Of a stretch of 51,952 nt of DNA, positions 9,411 through 16,404 are shown piece after piece. Under the pieces are notes generated by a model. That model saw only the letters and a list, made by a program, of their open reading frames with translations, did no database searches and had not been told where the DNA came from. The translations under genes were made by a program, and so were the position numbers. How positions within the stretch are numbered: position 1 is the stretch's first letter; each line of letters begins with the position of its first letter. Origin of the DNA: Candidatus Hermodarchaeota archaeon (GTDB lineage Archaea; Asgardarchaeota; Lokiarchaeia; Sigyniarchaeales; SOKP01); the NCBI GenBank assembly GCA_048885925.1, contig JBHLLG010000018.1:1-51952 (forward strand), given 5' to 3'.

Positions 9411-9968
9411 GTGAAAAGATACGATGCTATAAAAAGAATAGTAGAAGCATTAAGTGACGAATTAATTGTTTGTAACCTAGGAACCCCTTCGAGAGAATTA
9501 TATAGCATATCGGATCGAGATGAAAATTTCTATATGTTGGGATCGATGGGTCTTGTCAGTAGTATTGCATTTGGAATAGCAATCTCTCAACCTAATCATA
9601 CAGTCTGGTGTATTGATGGAGATGGTTCTTTGTTAATGAATCTTGGTAGTTTATGTACTATATCAAATAATAAACCTAATAATTTAGTACTAATAGTTAT
9701 TGATAATTGTTCTTATGGTTCGACTGGTAATCAAAAGACATATACCAGTAATAAAACTCGACTAGAAATTATCGCTAAAGGAGCTGGTTTTGAGTACATT
9801 ACCGTTATTGATAAAGAGGAAGATATTATCCCAACATTAAAAAATCTTAGCTTGGATTGTCATTTTGTACTTATTAAAGTTGAGCCAGGTAATGCTAAAG
9901 TACAAAATGTTCCATTGAATCCTATAGAAATAAAGAGGAGATTTATGAAAATGTTAAATAAAAAATAA
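9411..9968 (+). CDS. comE: Sulfopyruvate decarboxylase beta subunit (ThDP-binding)
   Basis: CNLGTPSREL, NFYMLGSMG, DGDGSLLMN...DN..YGSTGNQ ThDP motif; GTG start 1 bp after the comD stop, with GGAGG SD in the comD 3' end. Confidence 0.85.
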   Translation: MKRYDAIKRIVEALSDELIVCNLGTPSRELYSISDRDENFYMLGSMGLVSSIAFGIAISQPNHTVWCIDGDGSLLMNLGSLCTISNNKPNNLVLIVIDNCSYGSTGNQKTYTSNKTRLEIIAKGAGFEYITVIDKEEDIIPTLKNLSLDCHFVLIKVEPGNAKVQNVPLNPIEIKRRFMKMLNKK

Positions 9969-10086
9969 TTAATATGAAGCTTAAAAAATTGCTATTAACA
10001 GCTATTATAATCTGATTATACATAATTTTAATTAATTACATACTTATTATTCTTTTAGAACTAAATATAAAACTAGGAAAATTAAA

Positions 10087-11703
10087 ATGTCAGAGGATTT
10101 CAAACGTCAGAATGATCAAGATTCGAATAAAGAGAAACTAGAAAATAGTAAGGAACATGAAGAAATTAAAGAACAGGAACCATTAGAAAAAATAAGTAAA
10201 CCTGTTTTAATAAGGGCAGAAGCCTACAAGACTATAATTTTATACGCTAGTAGATATGCAAATAAATCAATACCTCCAGAAGAATGGAAAGAAATATATG
10301 GTATATTAATAGGTCGATCTGATGAAGAATTAGTGTATGTCGAAAGCGCGGAAGCCTTAACCTTTGGTCATGCTACAGACGTTCAATTGGATGAAAGACA
10401 TTATGGGTTTATTGAAGAAATTCAGGAAAAACTTGATAAAGAAGGAAGAGGATTTTACATGGTTGGATGGTTTCATAGTCATCCAGGGTTAAACCTATTC
10501 TTTTCTTATATAGATTTAATTAACCAACTAGGTTTTCAGCAAAATAATGATAATTTTTGCGGCTTAGTGTTTGATCATACTCTTCTAGGTACTAAAAAGG
10601 AAGAAATTATAAAAAGAGAAGATGGTTCCGAATATACTATGACAAAATACGATACTGGCTTTGAAATCTATAGAATAACTGATATAAACATGGATATTAA
10701 CGATCCGGAATATGATAATAATTATCATAAAGTTGATTATGTTGTTGATGGATTGAATAAATATTTTTTCGCAAATGTTTTATCAGAACTTTCTGCGTTA
10801 GTGACAGAAGGAAAACCATTACAATCCGCTTATAAAGAAGAATTTTCACGAGAAAAAGAACCTCATTTATCATCAGAATCAAAATCCATTGAAGAGTTAA
10901 AATCAGTTCATTATCCTTCCGAGCCAAATAACATTTCAAATAAAGAATTCTTAACTGAAATCCCCATGGTTGATAATATTGAATTTGGTGTTGATGATTT
11001 TTTTTATAGTGAAATAGATGTGAAAAAAAAACAGAAAGAGTTGAAACTAAAAAAGGAAGCTGAACAATTAATTTATGAGGGAAATAAAGCTTTTGAAAAT
11101 AAAGATTCATTTACAGGAGTTGAAAAATTCAAACAAGGAATTGAAAAATATAAAGAACTTAAAGAATTTGAAAGAATCTTAGACTTATTAAGAATTGTAT
11201 CGCAAAAGTGCATTTCAAATAATCATGTAAAATTTGCTGGAGAATTTGCTGATGATTTATATAAATTTGCTAAAAAGCAAAAACATCTTTTTTATTTAGG
11301 GGTGGCATATTATATTAAAGGGTATCTATTGTTAAAAACTGGAGAGAATGAGGTTTTAGAAGTTGCCTTAAATAAAATTCAGGATGCTGCTGTAAATTTT
11401 GAAAAAGAGGGTGATTTTGCAGGAGCAGGGATGTGTTTTAATAAAATTGGATCAATTTATCAATCAAGACTTAATAATATAGAAAATGCTTGTTTATTTT
11501 ACTCAGCCGCAGTTGAGAATTTTAATAAATCAATTCTAAAAATGCATCCTTTAAGAACGGATTTTTGGAATAAATCAGAACTTCTTATTCAGAAGATTGT
11601 AGAATTAAGAGATATCATCGAGGAACTATTACCAAATTTTGATAATCTTGAATTAAGGAATAAAATCCTTAAAGATCTCAAAAATTTACATTATAATTTT
11701 TAA
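10087..11703 (+). CDS. JAMM/MPN+ metalloprotease with C-terminal TPR/alpha-SNAP-like helical domain
   Basis: EIYGILIG ... VGWFHSHPGLNLFFSYID is a complete E..HxH-x7-S-x2-D motif; the C-terminal ~220 aa form helical repeats. Confidence 0.85.
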   Translation: MSEDFKRQNDQDSNKEKLENSKEHEEIKEQEPLEKISKPVLIRAEAYKTIILYASRYANKSIPPEEWKEIYGILIGRSDEELVYVESAEALTFGHATDVQLDERHYGFIEEIQEKLDKEGRGFYMVGWFHSHPGLNLFFSYIDLINQLGFQQNNDNFCGLVFDHTLLGTKKEEIIKREDGSEYTMTKYDTGFEIYRITDINMDINDPEYDNNYHKVDYVVDGLNKYFFANVLSELSALVTEGKPLQSAYKEEFSREKEPHLSSESKSIEELKSVHYPSEPNNISNKEFLTEIPMVDNIEFGVDDFFYSEIDVKKKQKELKLKKEAEQLIYEGNKAFENKDSFTGVEKFKQGIEKYKELKEFERILDLLRIVSQKCISNNHVKFAGEFADDLYKFAKKQKHLFYLGVAYYIKGYLLLKTGENEVLEVALNKIQDAAVNFEKEGDFAGAGMCFNKIGSIYQSRLNNIENACLFYSAAVENFNKSILKMHPLRTDFWNKSELLIQKIVELRDIIEELLPNFDNLELRNKILKDLKNLHYNF

Positions 11704-11704
11704 A

Positions 11705-11722
11705 TAGAATTCTAAAATTCTA
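11705..11722. promoter_or_regulatory. Palindrome TAGAATT-N4-AATTCTA, copy 2
   Basis: TAGAATT CTAA AATTCTA between the JAMM gene and the Zn-finger gene. Confidence 0.4.
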
Positions 11723-11805
11723 ATATATTTGATTTTCTTTTATTGCATTTCATAAAAATTAAATTTTAAGAATAATTATATTAATTACTCCTTTTGGTGA
11801 ATTTC

Positions 11806-12504
11806 ATGCCACGACGTAAACAAAAGATCAAATACTCAAGGAAAATAGTTTGTAAACACCTTGAACCTAAAGGTGATATTAGTAATTCGCTTCAATCACT
11901 ATGTTTTTGCCCTACAAGAGATTTAGTTTTAGGTAATCGAGCTTATGTTTGTCAAGTTTGTTCTTTATATGATGCCGCAAAAAATAATCGCCGATTTTCT
12001 GAATTATATGAAGAAAGTAAAAAATTGGCAGAAAAAAAAATTCAAGAGAAAAAAATAAAGTTAGAAGAATTTGAAATTGCAGAAATAAAGTCAGATGATG
12101 AAATCGACCTGTCTATTGATGAATTTGAAGAAGAAGACGAAGAAACACCATTGAAATTTGAAAAAAGAAAAGCAGGAAAAGCCGATCTTGAAGGTTCAGA
12201 TACATTTGAGACTACTAATGAATGCCCATTCTGTGGAGATTTTTTTGAAGATTTAGCATCGCATATTCAAACCTGTGAATTTGCTCCTGATGATGCTTCT
12301 CTCGATGATATTGTACCCTCCAGAAAGAAAAAATCGAAAAAAAAAAGAGCTAGTAGCGAATCAGATACAGAACGAAGTACAGATAAACAGAAATGCCCGT
12401 ATTGTAAAAAAGAATTTATTCGATTAGGACGTCATATAGCTTCTTGTCCCGAAAAACCTTCTGATGCAGATGATTCATTAGAGGATGAAGAGGATGAAGA
12501 ATGA
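11806..12504 (+). CDS. Multi-zinc-finger protein (N-terminal Cys/His cluster plus two C-x2-C-x9-H-x3-C fingers) with acidic and basic low-complexity linkers
   Basis: CPFCGDFFEDLASHIQTC and CPYCKKEFIRLGRHIASC; GGTGA SD at 11796-11800 favours ATG 11806 over TTG 11794. Confidence 0.75.
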   Translation: MPRRKQKIKYSRKIVCKHLEPKGDISNSLQSLCFCPTRDLVLGNRAYVCQVCSLYDAAKNNRRFSELYEESKKLAEKKIQEKKIKLEEFEIAEIKSDDEIDLSIDEFEEEDEETPLKFEKRKAGKADLEGSDTFETTNECPFCGDFFEDLASHIQTCEFAPDDASLDDIVPSRKKKSKKKRASSESDTERSTDKQKCPYCKKEFIRLGRHIASCPEKPSDADDSLEDEEDEE

Positions 12505-12551
12505 TTTATTATTAGGATAAACATTAATTATTATCAATTTTATAAGAAATA

Positions 12552-13475
12552 ATGTTTAAAAAGGAAGAAATCTACTACTGTAAACCTGTCTTTCGCCCTC
12601 CTAGCGAAGCATACTCGCTATTAATTCAAGTCACTGAAGGTTGTAGCTATAAATGCGACTTTTGCGTTTCGAATCTTGGAAAAAAGTTTCTAATAAGAAA
12701 AGTTGATGAAATTAAAAAAGATTTAGATACAGCTAACCGAATTTATGGCTCAAATGTGCAACGTATCTTTTTTTTAGATGGAAATGCTATGATTACTCCA
12801 ACAGAAAAGCTTCTTGAATTAACTGAGTATTCTATGAAAATTTTTCCAAAATTAGAAAGATGTGGAGTTTATGCCCATGCGAGAGATATTTTAAAAAAAT
12901 CTGATAATCAATTAAAAAAGTTATCAGAAGCAGGGTTGAAAATAGCTTATGTTGGATTCGAATCGGGCTATGATGAATTGCTGAAAGAAGTTAACAAGAA
13001 TGCAACGAAAAATGATTATATAGATGCATCAAGAAAACTATTTAACGCAGATATTACATTATCAGCAACATTTATTAATGGTTTAAGTGGTTCTATTAAT
13101 CCTGAAATAAGTGAAAAACATGCAATAGCATCTGCCGACTTAGTAAATAAAATTTGCCCTGCTGATGATAGAATTTGGTATATAGCATTCTTATCTCTAA
13201 TGATACCTTCTGGAACAGTAATTTTTAACAAGAGACTTAGAGGGGAATTTAAAGAAATGAATTCTTCTGAAATATTAAAAGAATTGGAATTCTTTGTAAT
13301 AAATGTAAAATTTGAAAATAAGAATGCTACATGTGTCTTTCGCTCGAACCATGCTTCAAATTATCTCCCAATTAAAGGTGTTCTTGAGAGAGATAAAGAA
13401 AAAATTTTGAAGATAATAGAATATGGACTTAATCATCAAGAAATATTGAGGCCAGAATTTTATAGAGGATTATAA
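12552..13475 (+). CDS. Radical SAM protein (CX3CX2C)
   Basis: FRPPSEAYSLLIQVTEGCSYKCDFC, FFLDGNA, YVGFESG, FRSNHASNYL. Confidence 0.9.
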   Translation: MFKKEEIYYCKPVFRPPSEAYSLLIQVTEGCSYKCDFCVSNLGKKFLIRKVDEIKKDLDTANRIYGSNVQRIFFLDGNAMITPTEKLLELTEYSMKIFPKLERCGVYAHARDILKKSDNQLKKLSEAGLKIAYVGFESGYDELLKEVNKNATKNDYIDASRKLFNADITLSATFINGLSGSINPEISEKHAIASADLVNKICPADDRIWYIAFLSLMIPSGTVIFNKRLRGEFKEMNSSEILKELEFFVINVKFENKNATCVFRSNHASNYLPIKGVLERDKEKILKIIEYGLNHQEILRPEFYRGL

Positions 13476-13517
13476 TATCTCTAGTATAATAAAATGATTT
13501 TTTACGTTCTTCATTCT

Positions 13518-14258
13518 TTATTTTTTAAAGATTATTTCCTGAGTACTAGATATATAATCTTGAATAGGACTCTTTGGGTTTGATTTAATTAGGTTAATAA
13601 AATCAATTAATTGATCTTGATTTATTGCCATATTTTTAGAAAGCGTAGAAATTGAAACTTTGTCAAATTCTCTGGAATATTGATATAACCTATTGCTTAT
13701 TAACTTTTGATAAATTAATGAAATTAGCATTTTAAGATTAGGAAAATTTTCAGTTTTAATTTCTCTTACAAATTCGAAAATTCTATCAGAAGCATCATGA
13801 TAATTTAACACCTTGTAGCAACTTAGAATTTCATATATTTTCTTTATAAATTTAAAATATTTAGTAATAGTAACACTAATATCATAAAGATTATATCTGT
13901 CAAGATTATGATCTACTTCATTTTTTAGTATTGCTAATAGTTTAGAAAAATTTTCTAAATTGGATTCATTTAATTTTTCTTTCAACATGTTATTGAAGCG
14001 CCTCTCATAAATTAATCTATGTTTTGATAATTCTGATTGAACTTTTTTGTGTAATTTATAAAAATCATGAAGTTCTTTTTCAATATTAAAACTTCCTTGA
14101 TGTTCTTCAATTAAAACCAATGCTGAATTTACTTTTTCCAAGGCGGAATTATAGTTTCCATTTTTTACCTTCTTTAATATGATAGATTTGTAATAATTCA
14201 ATTCTTCAATAAGTTCCCTTTTCTTTTTGAAATTTTCAAGATTCTTATTAAAGTCCAT
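13518..14258 (-). CDS. Helical-repeat protein with a C-terminal PCI-like winged helix
   Basis: C-terminus LYQYSREFDKVSISTLSKNMAINQDQLIDFI...YISSTQEIIF fits the PCI winged-helix pattern (Y/F-x-x-I-S-I-x-x-L-A/S ... terminal beta hairpin), preceded by TPR-like helices. Confidence 0.55.
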   Translation of the reverse strand: MDFNKNLENFKKKRELIEELNYYKSIILKKVKNGNYNSALEKVNSALVLIEEHQGSFNIEKELHDFYKLHKKVQSELSKHRLIYERRFNNMLKEKLNESNLENFSKLLAILKNEVDHNLDRYNLYDISVTITKYFKFIKKIYEILSCYKVLNYHDASDRIFEFVREIKTENFPNLKMLISLIYQKLISNRLYQYSREFDKVSISTLSKNMAINQDQLIDFINLIKSNPKSPIQDYISSTQEIIFKK

Positions 14259-14465
14259 AATCTTTCATCAATAATGTGAATACTATATATTCTTATTACT
14301 TCCTACTATATTATTTACATAATTTAAATTTAAGATTATTGTTTTAATAAAACAATTATATCAATATTAAGTAAACTTTAGGAAATGCTGTTATTGAAGA
14401 AAATATCCCTGTAACTAGTTTATAAAAAGATAAATAAAAAGAATTTTTAGGAAAAGACGAAATAC

Positions 14466-14545
14466 ATGAACAATGAAGGTTGATTGCTAACATTTTGGGT
14501 AAAAGAGTTGCTGAGCTACTCTTGAAATTAAAAAAGAAAATTTAA
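14466..14545 (+). pseudogene. Possible remnant of a flavodoxin-like/NADPH-dependent FMN reductase C-terminus
   Basis: 14483-14545 reads IANILGKRVAELLLKLKKKI*; MNNEG lies just upstream in another frame. Resembles the 'DEEG...A..LGKRVAEL' terminal helix of this family. Confidence 0.3.
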
Positions 14546-14564
14546 AATAAAAAAGAATTAAACC

Positions 14565-14963
14565 TTAATTTCTAGAACCACATAAAGGACATACATCAGC
14601 ATCTCCGATTGGATTACCACATTCTTTACAACGCCTTATACTATCTACTACATCTTCTTCAATTTTTTCAAATTTGTCCTCTAAATCTTCTATTTTATCT
14701 ATACCCTTTGAGAATATTGTTCCTTTAATATCACCTGGCCAAATGATATTAACAATAATCCCTGAAAGGACAAGAATCACGCATATAACAATGAATATAC
14801 TTAAGTCACTTGTAAAATTCTCTTTAAGAAAATCTATAACAATTGTGATCCAGCTAACCATAAACTCCCCAATTGGGGTTACGATTGGTTTTAAAAAAAG
14901 TAAGATAGCACCAATAATATCAGCAAGAGTTTGTAAAAAATTTTCTATTGTTTGAAATATCAT
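14565..14963 (-). CDS. Membrane protein with C-terminal zinc ribbon
   Basis: Hydrophobic segment IFIVICVILVLSGIIVNIIW; CKECGNPIGDADVCPLCG; GGTGA SD favours ATG 14963. Confidence 0.7.
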   Translation of the reverse strand: MIFQTIENFLQTLADIIGAILLFLKPIVTPIGEFMVSWITIVIDFLKENFTSDLSIFIVICVILVLSGIIVNIIWPGDIKGTIFSKGIDKIEDLEDKFEKIEEDVVDSIRRCKECGNPIGDADVCPLCGSRN

Positions 14964-14977
14964 TTTTTTCACCCTTT

Positions 14978-15457
14978 TTACGCTTTCATTCTATCCTCTC
15001 TAATTTGTTCTCGATTAATTGTAAAATCAATTATATCATATACTTTTAATACAATCGTAAGAAAATATATCCCCATATACATTAAAATCATCTGTTGTAT
15101 ATTTAAAGAAAAATATCCAACATCTACTATTACAAATTTTACTTCAGTTGCACCTGAGAATTTATAACTCCAAATATAAAGACAATTTACAAGAACTTGA
15201 ATTAAAGCAAAAACAGCTCTACGAATCGATTTTTTTGGAGAAGAATATGTGAAAAATGCGCATCCACTGATGATTAATCCAAAGGCAGTTATCCAGAATA
15301 TAACATTTTGATATTCCTGTTTTTCAAATTGTAATGGTAACCCTTGAACAGTCATCTCATAAAGAACGGAAAATAAATACAAAGGAATAATAATTGTACT
15401 AGCTACATAAATTCCAGCGAAAATAAAACCTCTTATCATATTTTTAACTGAACCCAT
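14978..15457 (-). CDS. Hypothetical integral membrane protein (about 4 TM)
   Basis: Four hydrophobic stretches; SD AGGTGA overlaps the upstream gene's TAG stop. Confidence 0.75.
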   Translation of the reverse strand: MGSVKNMIRGFIFAGIYVASTIIIPLYLFSVLYEMTVQGLPLQFEKQEYQNVIFWITAFGLIISGCAFFTYSSPKKSIRRAVFALIQVLVNCLYIWSYKFSGATEVKFVIVDVGYFSLNIQQMILMYMGIYFLTIVLKVYDIIDFTINREQIREDRMKA

Positions 15458-15469
15458 TTAAGACATCAC

Positions 15470-16048
15470 CTATGGATATGAAATCTCTCCTACAGATAAT
15501 TCTAATATACCGATTGTAATTGAATGCATTCCAATTGAATAATCTAAACTAATTGTTAAATTTGCAAAAAATTGAATAATAGGCGGACCTGCGTACCAAT
15601 CTATTTCTGAACCAGTTGGTAGATTTTCAAAATCAGCAAAAATTCCAGAAAAAACATAATTTCCCGTCATTCCTTTTGCTATATTTCCAAAAAGTTGGGT
15701 TTTTGAGAAAATAATTCTTACTCTTGTTTCATTGACACCTAATGAAGGATAATCTACCTCAGTATAATTCATAGCCATATCTATTTTAAGTCTTAGGTTT
15801 TCTAAATCAAAGTAACCTTCATTAGTGAGATTAAATGGTAAGGTAAAATTCATATTTTCAATATTGTATGTAACATTGTTAATTTGGATATTAAACTCTG
15901 CATTATCAGTATCTATTCCGAGATTATTTTGATTCGAAAGAATTCTAACAGCAGATAAAAGCCCAAGGGAAGCTACAATAGTAACAGATATTGATAGTAG
16001 AAAAATAAATATGCGAAATATTAATCGAAAAACTCTTGATGGTCTCAT
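15470..16048 (-). CDS. N-terminally anchored extracellular beta-rich protein (LEA-2/WHy-like?)
   Basis: Basic N-terminus plus one TM; sequons NVT, NFT, NLT, NYT, NET; alternating hydrophobic strands. Confidence 0.7.
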   Translation of the reverse strand: MRPSRVFRLIFRIFIFLLSISVTIVASLGLLSAVRILSNQNNLGIDTDNAEFNIQINNVTYNIENMNFTLPFNLTNEGYFDLENLRLKIDMAMNYTEVDYPSLGVNETRVRIIFSKTQLFGNIAKGMTGNYVFSGIFADFENLPTGSEIDWYAGPPIIQFFANLTISLDYSIGMHSITIGILELSVGEISYP

Positions 16049-16404
16049 GAGACAAATTGTTTAGTATAGTTATTAATTTTTTTTTATTTAGATAAATTAA
16101 CTTTTATTAGATTTATTATATTTATAAATTTTATATTTATAATTTTTCACAATTTATGTTCCTTTGAATTAGCAGAGTATTTTGAATTCAATTTCTTTGA
16201 TATTTATATAAGAAAATTAAATCAGTTCTTTTAATTCGAATAGCCTTTCTATTAGTTAAGGTTTAAGAGATTAATAGATTATTGTGATAAAATTCATATA
16301 TTAATATCTATAATTGAATTTAAATTTGTTAATTAAATAATTAGTTTATATAGGTTAATAAATTATTATTTTTTACAAAAAATCTAAAAAAAATTGAACT
16401 AATT

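Noticed and set aside
14455-14530. ATGA...GA pattern as a eukaryote-like SECIS with selenocysteine readthrough
   Set aside because: No convincing SECIS stem geometry, and the TGA-ending CDSs in the window appear full length with no Sec-aligned TGA.
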